Below, in pieces: positions 17,411 to 24,784 of a DNA stretch of 32,000 nucleotides. Below the pieces are notes generated by a model. The model was not told where the DNA came from. It saw only the letters and a list, made by a program, of their open reading frames with translations, and did not search any database. A program made the position numbers and the translations under genes. This stretch comes from Nitrosopumilus piranensis (GTDB lineage Archaea > Thermoproteota > Nitrososphaeria > Nitrososphaerales > Nitrosopumilaceae): NCBI RefSeq assembly GCF_000875775.1, contig NZ_CP010868.1, forward strand, positions 1,157,707 to 1,189,706, given 5' to 3'. Within the stretch, counting starts at the first letter, position 1. Every line of letters starts with the position of its first letter.

Positions 17411-17581
17411 CTATTCATGTACTAAATCACGCACAGTTTTTGCAATATATTCAATGTTTTTGGTAGATACATTTGGATGAATAGGTAATGACAAAACGTG
17501 TTTTGATGCCCAATCAGTATTTGTTAATTTTGATTTTATGTTGTAAATAGGGATTTTATGGAATCTAACGAAAATGGCATG
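17411..17581 (-). pseudogene. C-terminal remnant of a DegT/DnrJ/EryC1/StrS-family aminotransferase
   Basis: My minus-strand translation is HAIFVRFHKIPIYNIKSKLTNTDWASKHVLSLPIHPNVSTKNIEYIAKTVRDLVHE*. The block H..P.Y....LP.T.......LSLP.HP.L......I is the characteristic C-terminus of this family. The frame is closed by a stop immediately upstream and contains no start codon. Confidence 0.6.
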
Positions 17582-17635
17582 TTATGTATTGTAAAATTTA
17601 TTTTCAAACTTTATCCCACCTAAAGTTTTAATTTA

Positions 17636-17818
17636 TCAACTAGCATGTACGGATTGAGGAATTTTCTTCTTAACATAGCGTCCTAGGGTTTCAGGAGAAT
17701 ATTCTATTCCATGCTCATTAGCCATATGATTCCAATAGGCAAAAACAACTTGTTCCAAGTCACCACTTACTGAGTAGTCACAATCAAAGCCACAATCATC
17801 ACATCTTATGGAAACCAT
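17636..17818 (-). CDS. DUF1059-family small metal-binding protein
   Basis: 60 aa. IRCDDCGFDCDYSVSGDLEQVVFAYWNHMANEHGIEY fits the DUF1059 pattern. Confidence 0.65.
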   Translation of the reverse strand: MVSIRCDDCGFDCDYSVSGDLEQVVFAYWNHMANEHGIEYSPETLGRYVKKKIPQSVHAS

Positions 17819-17961
17819 ACGAAGTAATCAAATTGCTAGAATAAAAACAGAGATTAAAAAATTCAAAAATTTGTTTAATATTTTGAATAAATTTGTATGA
17901 ACGTAAGTAAATAAGAAATTACAAACATCAAATACTTATTTCACAGGAAATAGACCATTTT

Positions 17962-18174
17962 GTGGATATAAAAGAAGAAGACACATCAGAAGAATCAAAG
18001 AAGAATCATATTGAATATTACAAATCATTGACAAAAACGATTTCAGATATTAAAGAAGAGATGCAGGATGAAGAAGACCCAGTGATCAAAAACCATCTTG
18101 AAAAGAGAATCGAGGCCATGGAAAAAGATAAAATGAGAATTAAGGAAATGTTTCCAGACATTATTAATGAGTAA
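17962..18174 (+). CDS. Small helical protein, paralogue family member
   Basis: 70 aa with a GTG start. It shares YK-[ST]-[IL]-T...I...[LI] and the C-terminal [IR]-[KR]-[EK]-MFP motif with ORF 12154-12354. Confidence 0.5.
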   Translation: MDIKEEDTSEESKKNHIEYYKSLTKTISDIKEEMQDEEDPVIKNHLEKRIEAMEKDKMRIKEMFPDIINE

Positions 18175-18382
18175 AATGACTACGCCGACAGAAAAAAATC
18201 ATAATAAACATTTGGATTTATTGCACGAATACAAGATACATCTTGTAAAGTATATCAACGAACTAGAAAAATTAGATCAGCAATCTGAATTTGCAAAGCA
18301 ATGGAATGAAACAACGATTAAAGAAAGAAAACAAGAACTAAAAGTCATAGATAAAATATTAAAAAATTTAATTAGATTCTAG
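18167..18382 (+). CDS. Small helical protein, distant member of the same family
   Basis: 71 aa. Its ATG overlaps the upstream stop (ATGAGTAA, 8-nt overlap), suggesting translational coupling. EYKIHLVKYINELEKL...IKERKQELKVIDKILKNL follows the same heptad-like layout. Confidence 0.45.
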   Translation: MSKMTTPTEKNHNKHLDLLHEYKIHLVKYINELEKLDQQSEFAKQWNETTIKERKQELKVIDKILKNLIRF

Positions 18383-18726
18383 TCATTTTGAGTCAAATCA
18401 TATAGGCAATTACAAAAAAAATCAACATTATTTTTTGAAACACCATCAAACCAGGCTAGATCAGAAGTTATGTTGTATCCTTGTATTTCAGGCTCAGAAA
18501 TTGATTTTAAAAAATTATTTTCACTTTCAACCATTTTTTGAACTGCACTATGATCGTTCTTTGAAAATTTGTAATTACAAGTTACCAAATCAATTTGGAT
18601 AAAATAATTTCCATGTTGTGGATTTATTTTTGCTTTGATAAACGGCTGGTGGAGCTGCTGGCAATCTCTAAAATGCTTGTCATATTCAAACATCTTTGAA
18701 TCACCAAGATATTTTTTAAAAGTCAT
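18379..18726 (-). CDS. Hypothetical protein
   Basis: 115-aa ORF with no motif recognised. Confidence 0.45.
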   Translation of the reverse strand: MTFKKYLGDSKMFEYDKHFRDCQQLHQPFIKAKINPQHGNYFIQIDLVTCNYKFSKNDHSAVQKMVESENNFLKSISEPEIQGYNITSDLAWFDGVSKNNVDFFCNCLYDLTQND

Positions 18727-18759
18727 GATAACTTTGGAAACAAAATAACTAGACAGAGC

Positions 18760-19140
18760 CTAAAGATCTGTTGTGAATTTTTTAATTTTTGTAATTAATC
18801 TAATTTTTGTATTTATTGGCATTTCAGGCTCCATTGTAAAATAGATAATGTTTCTTCTTGCATACACTACCATTTGAGAAACTTTTTCCCGTTCAACATG
18901 GACATATCTTACCTTACCAAGAGATTTATCAAATTCCTTTCTCATAGAACGTCTTTGTGCAACTTGCTTGCAAAAATGTTCTTCCTCCCTTTGGGATTTT
19001 AGACTAGTTTTACCAGTTTTCATGATAGCCTCTCGAATATTGCCTTTAGGATCAATTATTGCTGCAAATCTCATTTTAGAGTCTAAGTTTATGATTTTTT
19101 GAACAATTTCAAGCAGATCAATTTTCTTTTTTGCTGCCAT
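18760..19140 (-). CDS. Hypothetical protein
   Basis: 126-aa ORF with an alpha/beta pattern (RFAAIIDPKGNIREAIMK ... VRYVHVEREKVSQMVVYARRNIIYFTME). No family assigned with confidence. Confidence 0.55.
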   Translation of the reverse strand: MAAKKKIDLLEIVQKIINLDSKMRFAAIIDPKGNIREAIMKTGKTSLKSQREEEHFCKQVAQRRSMRKEFDKSLGKVRYVHVEREKVSQMVVYARRNIIYFTMEPEMPINTKIRLITKIKKFTTDL

Positions 19141-19333
19141 ATAGATAAGAAAAATTATTTGGCAAATATAATCTAATAAAAATAATGCAAGATCTTAGAA
19201 TAACTAATGATGGAGGAGAATTTTTTTAATATATAGAAAAAATACAACTTCAATTTTTTCAGTACTTAAAAAATTAGAAGAGCAATCAAAATTAGAAAAA
19301 ACTAGAAAGATAGATGTTCCTGCAAATGAGAGA

Positions 19334-19858
19334 ATGTTAGCAATAACAAAAGAGACAGGTGAGCTTCTCAATATGATAATTCGATTAAAAAATGTAAAGA
19401 ACGCTTTAGAGGTTGGGATGTCCGTCGGATATTCCACAATATGGTGTGCAGAGGCAATTATTGAAAATGGTGGAAAAATCATCACCATAGAACAAAACCC
19501 AGAAAAAATCAAAAGGGCAAAAGAAAATTTTCAAAATGCAAATGTTTCAGACATTATAACAATTCAAGAGGGATTTGCAATGGAAATACTAAGAAGTTTT
19601 AGATTACAAAAAAAATATCAGAACTTTTTTGATTTTGTATTAATTGATGCAGATAAGGAAAATGTAATAGAATATTTTGACATGATTTTGCCATTAGTAT
19701 CAATTGGGGGGGTTATTGTCACTGATAATATGTTATATCCTGAAAAATATCAAGAAGATATGAAAAAATATTCACAACACATACAATCAAACCAAAATGT
19801 TAGAACAATAACATCACCCATAGGAAATGGCGAGGAGATTACAATAAAATTAAAGTGA
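19334..19858 (+). CDS. Class I SAM-dependent O-methyltransferase (family 3, caffeoyl-CoA OMT-like); the N-terminal ~42 codons lie upstream without an in-frame start
   Basis: LEVGMSVGYSTIWCAEAI (SAM motif I) and FDFVLIDADKENVIEYF are present. The frame stays open and homologous-looking upstream to 19211 (..SVLKKLEEQSKLEKTRKIDVPANER) but contains no ATG/GTG/TTG. An ATGATG at 19207 is in another frame, separated by a T7 run at 19221-19227. Confidence 0.8.
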   Translation: MLAITKETGELLNMIIRLKNVKNALEVGMSVGYSTIWCAEAIIENGGKIITIEQNPEKIKRAKENFQNANVSDIITIQEGFAMEILRSFRLQKKYQNFFDFVLIDADKENVIEYFDMILPLVSIGGVIVTDNMLYPEKYQEDMKKYSQHIQSNQNVRTITSPIGNGEEITIKLK

Positions 19859-21304
19859 TTTTTTCTTTTTAGTACTTTTTGTAGATTTAGTTTTCTTTTT
19901 TGGAGTTTTTGTAGTAGATTTAGGTGTTTTTACATTTAATGATTTTAATTTTTTATTTTTTTCAGAAATCTGCTGTTTTAATTTTTGTTGTTTTTCTTTT
20001 AATTTTTTATTTTTTAATTTAATTTGCTGTTCTGTCTTTTCACGTTTCTTTTTAAGGGATTCATAGAGTTTTTCTTCTTTTTTGAGTTGTCTTACGAAAC
20101 TTTCTTGAGACTTTAATCGTTTATTTTCTTCTTTAGTTTTCTTAGCAATCAGTTCTTTTTCTTTAGATATAGTGTTTATCAAATTAAGACGGGCTTCCTT
20201 TGATTTTATTAGATCTTCTTCCTGAGATTTTATTAAATTTTTTAATTTTTCAGATTCAGCAAATTTTGCTTTCTCTTCATTTACTTGCGAAACAATAAAC
20301 TCATAATCTTTTTTAGTTTTTTCCAAGTCATTTTGTTTTAATTTAATTTCATTTGCAATAGAAGCTTGTTCTAGTAAACGTGATTTTTGTTCCTCAATCA
20401 TTTTAGTTAGTAAAGATTGTTCAGTTTGCACCTGTTTTTCTATTGCCTCTTGCTCCAACTGTGCTTGAACTAGTTGTTTTTTCTGTTTTTCTAACTCTTT
20501 TGAGATTTTAGATTTTTCAGAATTAATATTTTTAATAATTTTTGCTCTTTCTTTTTTTACTTTTTCAAGTTCTTCTTTTTGAGCAATAATTTCTTTAGAT
20601 AATTTTGTTTGATTCTCAATTTTTAGTCTTTCTTCTTGTATTTGGTTTTCTAGTGCTTGCTTTTCTTGAGTAACTTTTTGTTCATACTCTTTTCTATGAG
20701 ACATTAATTGAGTTAATTTTGAGCGATGTTCGTTAATTTCATTTGAAACCTTTTTTTGTTTTTCAATTTTCTCTTCTTCAACCAGTATATTTTTTGAAAT
20801 ATTTTCCATTTCAGCAGAATTACTTGGAGAGTTCCACCCTTTTGGCAATGTTCCTCTAGGAATTGGTTTAGGTTTAAGAGGTTCACGTAGAAGTGTTGAA
20901 ATTTGGGGGGTCTGTTTTACTTCTCTAGTTTCAGGTTCTAGTTGTTTTGGGTAATAAGCTTTGTTTAGTTTTGATTCTAAATATACAGCATCAGAGTGAT
21001 ACAAAGTTTTGTTATTTGCAATCATATCAAAAATATGTTGCAGTCTACCTGGATCACCTTTTCCAGAATCAATTAATTCTTTAATTTTTGGTAAAACATT
21101 ATTTTCTGTTTTGGTTTCCACTTCATCTTCCAGAGTTATTGGTGAATCAAGTTTTTTTTCAAGATACTTTTGATCAGAATGGTATAGTGGACGATTATTT
21201 TTTAGATATTCTAGGATATGATGCAATCTTCCAGAATCGCCATTGCCAGAATCAATTAAGCCTTGTACATTTTCTATTGTCTGTGAAAGAGTCAATTGCG
21301 ACAT
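19850..21304 (-). CDS. Long coiled-coil protein with a duplicated N-terminal motif and a Lys-rich tail
   Basis: 484 aa. There are two ~40-aa repeats (LIDSGNGDSGRLHHILEYLKNNRPLYHSDQKYLEKKL and LIDSGKGDPGRLQHIFDMIANNKTLYHSDAVYLESKL). About 300 aa of K/E/Q-rich heptad sequence follow, then the tail KTPKSTTKTPKKKTKSTKSTKKKKSL. Confidence 0.75.
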   Translation of the reverse strand: MSQLTLSQTIENVQGLIDSGNGDSGRLHHILEYLKNNRPLYHSDQKYLEKKLDSPITLEDEVETKTENNVLPKIKELIDSGKGDPGRLQHIFDMIANNKTLYHSDAVYLESKLNKAYYPKQLEPETREVKQTPQISTLLREPLKPKPIPRGTLPKGWNSPSNSAEMENISKNILVEEEKIEKQKKVSNEINEHRSKLTQLMSHRKEYEQKVTQEKQALENQIQEERLKIENQTKLSKEIIAQKEELEKVKKERAKIIKNINSEKSKISKELEKQKKQLVQAQLEQEAIEKQVQTEQSLLTKMIEEQKSRLLEQASIANEIKLKQNDLEKTKKDYEFIVSQVNEEKAKFAESEKLKNLIKSQEEDLIKSKEARLNLINTISKEKELIAKKTKEENKRLKSQESFVRQLKKEEKLYESLKKKREKTEQQIKLKNKKLKEKQQKLKQQISEKNKKLKSLNVKTPKSTTKTPKKKTKSTKSTKKKKSL

Positions 21305-21418
21305 ATCTTCTTCGTCTTTAGTTAATTTGTCCTAGTCTAGTAAAAATAACTTTTTAAAAATAATTTACACATGCATAAATTTTAGGTGATTTATTAATTA
21401 GAAAATCTGCATTAAATT

Positions 21419-21643
21419 ATGAAAGCAGGGATCCCTATGATCTCCATAGGCGGAGGAATGTTTTTGGTCGGATTAATCATGTTTTACTCAATAGAGTTAG
21501 GTCAAACGGAGCCTATTTTGAGATTGATTAAAAATATTGGTACATTTGTGGGTCTAAGTGGCATAGGCGTCACCGTAGCTGGGGTATTGTTATATCTAAT
21601 TAGTAGAAATCAGCCACCCATACAAGAAAATTTTGAATCATAA
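21419..21643 (+). CDS. Small two-helix membrane protein
   Basis: 74 aa with two hydrophobic segments (ISIGGGMFLVGLIMFYSI and FVGLSGIGVTVAGVLLYLI). Confidence 0.5.
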   Translation: MKAGIPMISIGGGMFLVGLIMFYSIELGQTEPILRLIKNIGTFVGLSGIGVTVAGVLLYLISRNQPPIQENFES

Positions 21644-21726
21644 AAAAATCAGTTCAGCATTCAACTGATAAAATCAGATACAACAAGTGACAACTTAATT
21701 ATTGTACTTGTGTCAAAAATTTGTAA

Positions 21727-22152
21727 ATGTCTGAAAAAATATGGATTGGTGCAATTTTCCTAAAGGATGAAGGAGGTTATGAAATCCTACTAAAATCATT
21801 AAAACATTATCGAAAAAGATTAAGAACTATCGCAAATAGTCCCGAGTTAAAAGATTCAGCTGCAATGTTTGCATCAGTATTAAATCAACAAGCAATGAAA
21901 ACAGTTCCAAAAATTGATGAGGTAATTAAAAAAATTCAAAACAGTATGGATGACATCCAAACAGTAAAAAGTTTAAGTGATGAAATTCCATTTTTTGAAA
22001 AAGCACTTAGGTGTTATGAATCAGATATTCACAAAGCTCAAGATACAGGACATGAATATTTTGTAAAATTGGTTGGCGACATGGTAGAGGCAAAAAATGA
22101 TTTAGAAGTTATTAAAAATGCCATAAATAAAATAAAAGAATATTCAGAGTAA
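21727..22152 (+). CDS. Hypothetical protein
   Basis: 141-aa helical ORF with no motif recognised. Confidence 0.5.
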   Translation: MSEKIWIGAIFLKDEGGYEILLKSLKHYRKRLRTIANSPELKDSAAMFASVLNQQAMKTVPKIDEVIKKIQNSMDDIQTVKSLSDEIPFFEKALRCYESDIHKAQDTGHEYFVKLVGDMVEAKNDLEVIKNAINKIKEYSE

Positions 22153-22154
22153 TT

Positions 22155-22385
22155 TTAGAGGCCTTGAAGATACCAATCAAGATATGGAGTTAATGCTTTA
22201 CACTGCTTCATTTTTTCTGATTCATCTTTTGCATCCAAAATTTTCTGAATTTTTCCATCAAGGTATTCAGATGTTAAAGTACTCTTAAACTGAGGCTGAA
22301 TTTGCTTTAAAACAGCGATTATCTCATCTGAAGAGGTATTTTCAAAATTTTCTAAAATTTTAGAAATTTTCTCATTCAATGACAT
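22155..22385 (-). CDS. Hypothetical small protein (third gene of the wHTH-led minus-strand cluster)
   Basis: 76-aa helical ORF, co-directional with 22421-22651 and 22693-23271 across short gaps. Confidence 0.45.
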   Translation of the reverse strand: MSLNEKISKILENFENTSSDEIIAVLKQIQPQFKSTLTSEYLDGKIQKILDAKDESEKMKQCKALTPYLDWYLQGL

Positions 22386-22420
22386 GTAAATAATTTAGAG
22401 AAAACCCATTATAATTTTAG

Positions 22421-22651
22421 TCATAGTACATCATCATCATCCCAAGTTAGTCTAAATCTTCCAGTTACACGGAACATCTGAATTTTACCACCTTTTTTAA
22501 AATTTAATTTGTAAAAATTGTGGGACGCATCATCAATCTCTAATGTTACATTTTCCTTTTTGGTTTGAAAAACAATTGGATCATTTGAAATCTGATTCCA
22601 ATCACTTTCATCAAAATCCATATAAAATTTGGTGTACAGTAACCCCATCAT
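22421..22651 (-). CDS. Hypothetical small protein
   Basis: 76-aa ORF with a beta-rich pattern and an acidic C-terminus (WDDDDVL). Confidence 0.45.
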   Translation of the reverse strand: MMGLLYTKFYMDFDESDWNQISNDPIVFQTKKENVTLEIDDASHNFYKLNFKKGGKIQMFRVTGRFRLTWDDDDVL

Positions 22652-22692
22652 TCCAATCTAAAATGAACCTGAATAAATAACTAGAGAATAGA

Positions 22693-23271
22693 CTATTTAT
22701 CTAATGAGTACTTTGGGACTATTATTCCTAAGAAACTAAGAACAGTAGGAAGTAACAGTTCAGAATCTTTATCGTTTCGAATAATCTCAAAGACCTTGAA
22801 AATTAACTGTTGAATTGTTAAATGTTCGTCGCGATACAATGTTTTTTTGGGGTTTTTTACAGAATCTAAAATAGTAAACCCATTATCTGTTTGAAGTAAT
22901 AGTCTTAAAAGAGAATTTGCAAGAATAATTTTTTCATCTATATCCTTATGTGGAAAATCAGTTTCTAATCGATTGACCTGAGATTTTACATCATGAAAAG
23001 AGTTGTTTGTTGTTTGCTCTATATGCTGAGATGATTTATGGTCGTAATTTTCAGTAAGATGATAAAATTTCATATTACTTTTTGAGGTCACAAAAATGAT
23101 TTCTTTGTCAATTAACGAATCTCTGGTTTTCTCAAAGGTTGATTTTGCCATAAATTTTGGAACAATTAGTTTTATGAGGGCATTATGGTGCAAGTTTGGG
23201 TTTTCTTGGATATTCTCTAGTAGAATTCTTTCACGCTCATATTTTCTCAGTGGAGGCTCAAATTGACTCAT
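22693..23271 (-). CDS. wHTH DNA-binding protein, paralogue-like of ORF 16485-17051
   Basis: 192 aa. The N-terminal RERILLENIQENPNLHHNALIKLI...TFEKTRDSLIDKEIIFV...KFYHLT is wHTH-like. The C-terminal LLRLLLQTDNGFTILDS...IQQLIFKVFEII parallels IIHLIQIVQSTDGIMTLLS...IDDCWQAIMTCI of the 16.5-kb protein. Confidence 0.55.
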   Translation of the reverse strand: MSQFEPPLRKYERERILLENIQENPNLHHNALIKLIVPKFMAKSTFEKTRDSLIDKEIIFVTSKSNMKFYHLTENYDHKSSQHIEQTTNNSFHDVKSQVNRLETDFPHKDIDEKIILANSLLRLLLQTDNGFTILDSVKNPKKTLYRDEHLTIQQLIFKVFEIIRNDKDSELLLPTVLSFLGIIVPKYSLDK

Positions 23272-23277
23272 TGTATC

Positions 23278-23305
23278 TAGGTCAACCTTATATTAGTAGG
23301 TCAAC
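23278..23305. promoter_or_regulatory. Direct repeat TAGGTCAAC x2 in the divergent promoter region
   Basis: TAGGTCAAC occurs at 23278-23286 and 23297-23305, 19 bp start to start. The repeats lie 7-34 nt upstream of the ATG (23271) of the wHTH gene. Confidence 0.4.
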
Positions 23306-23498
23306 TATTAAACAATTTCTCAAATCGAAGTGCATATAATTCAAAATATCCTCTTGAATTGCCCATCAAAGTTATTCTAAACTTAATGTACGTCAAAACT
23401 GCACAAACAACAGATAACAAGACAGGCAATATGTTCAACCCTGTTTTAGATACATGTCTCATGATTTTGTCATAAAAAAACGGCATTGGAGGTGATTA

Positions 23499-23927
23499 AT
23501 GTCATTTGCAACAGATACTGTATGTACCACTATTACATTGGATATAGATTCAGAAAAACTAGGCGAGTTTTCCTTAGAAGAAAAAGCTGATGATGTGTTT
23601 GTCTTGCAGAACGGGTTTTACAGATTCAATGGAAAGTGGAAGCAAAGAGGAATTGGAAAACTTGGAAGTAAAGAGATTGAACATCTAGATACCATAGAAA
23701 AGGATGGAAAATTGTTTTACAAATTCAAAGTATTACGTGCAGGACAATTACGTTCATCAATTATTCAAGACAATATTGAGGGGATTGGCAAGTTCTCAGA
23801 GATGACAAGGCAGATTGATCTTAATGCCGATAAAAAAAGAACATGGTTAGGAAATATTACAAATATTAATGAACAAACAACAAATTATTCTATTCCAATT
23901 TGTTTAAATTATTTTAAAAATATTTGA
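23499..23927 (+). CDS. 142-aa protein resembling the motif-C-to-thumb part of a family-B DNA polymerase (stand-alone fragment)
   Basis: SFATDTV is a degenerate Y-x-DTDS. EKLGEFSLEE..FVLQNGFYRFNGKWKQRGIGKLGSKE parallels the PolB segment LG..K.E ... K-x-Y ... GK....RG...(R/K). A perfect Shine-Dalgarno-like GGAGGTGA (23488-23495) lies just upstream of the ATG. The homology call is from memory of PolB motifs only. Confidence 0.4.
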   Translation: MSFATDTVCTTITLDIDSEKLGEFSLEEKADDVFVLQNGFYRFNGKWKQRGIGKLGSKEIEHLDTIEKDGKLFYKFKVLRAGQLRSSIIQDNIEGIGKFSEMTRQIDLNADKKRTWLGNITNINEQTTNYSIPICLNYFKNI

Positions 23928-23931
23928 GAGA

Positions 23932-24726
23932 ATGGACAATAAAAAACAATTTTTGATTAGCGGGGGAATTTGTATACTAAGTTTCATTATAATGTATTTT
24001 CTATTGACAACTGACTTTCAAGATAATTCTTTTATGATGTATCAAATTGTAGAAAACGTTAGAATCCATCATCTTTTTTTAATTCCTGTTTTGACTTATT
24101 TTGTATTTTTTATTGTGTGGATTATTACTAGAGAATACATTTCAATAAATTTAGAAAATTTAATTTATGATTGGCCAAAAAAGGGTTTAGTAAAAATAAT
24201 AGATTCAAACACAAAAAAAGACATTCTTGGTTTTTTTCTTCTCAGTACCGTCATTACTGGTTTTGTTTGGTATGTGTTAGGAATATCTACTTCAGAAGCA
24301 TTTTTAGCAATAGTTCCTTTTACAGAATTTGTTCCTGAATTACAAGTTCCTTGTGAAGCATTAGCTGAAATTTCAGATAATTCTTTTGGGGATATCGAAT
24401 ATGTTCTTTTGTTAGTTGGTCCAATTTGGGTATTGATCCTTAAACAAAGTAGAAAATACGAAATCCGAAACTCAATAAAAAAACAAAGAGGGATGAGAAC
24501 ATTAGTTTTGTTCTTTTGGGCCTCAATAGCATTATTTGTAGCTGACAATAATTTTGAATTAGGATGTGAAGACGATAGACCTTCTGGATGGTATCTTGCA
24601 CCCCCAGGTCCTGCATATAACCTCTATTCAGATATGTTATCAGCCATGATTTATGGGGGTTTGATTACTTTGTTTATTTTTGTTTTAAACAAATATTTTG
24701 AAAAATGGATTACTACAAAAAATTAA
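23932..24726 (+). CDS. Polytopic (~6 TM) membrane protein of unknown function
   Basis: 264 aa with about six hydrophobic segments. It starts 4 nt after the previous ORF and ends 58 nt before the OLD-family gene, on the same strand. Confidence 0.6.
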   Translation: MDNKKQFLISGGICILSFIIMYFLLTTDFQDNSFMMYQIVENVRIHHLFLIPVLTYFVFFIVWIITREYISINLENLIYDWPKKGLVKIIDSNTKKDILGFFLLSTVITGFVWYVLGISTSEAFLAIVPFTEFVPELQVPCEALAEISDNSFGDIEYVLLLVGPIWVLILKQSRKYEIRNSIKKQRGMRTLVLFFWASIALFVADNNFELGCEDDRPSGWYLAPPGPAYNLYSDMLSAMIYGGLITLFIFVLNKYFEKWITTKN

Positions 24727-24784
24727 TTATCCTAAAAAAATTTCTATGTTATAAAAATAATTTTTCATATATTCATATTAGATT

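Noticed and set aside
23301-23486. 61-aa minus-strand ORF in the divergent region.
   Set aside because: It is antisense to the plus-strand frame carrying the PolB motif-B-like K-x3-N-x2-Y segment, so it is probably a shadow. I cannot fully exclude a small membrane protein.
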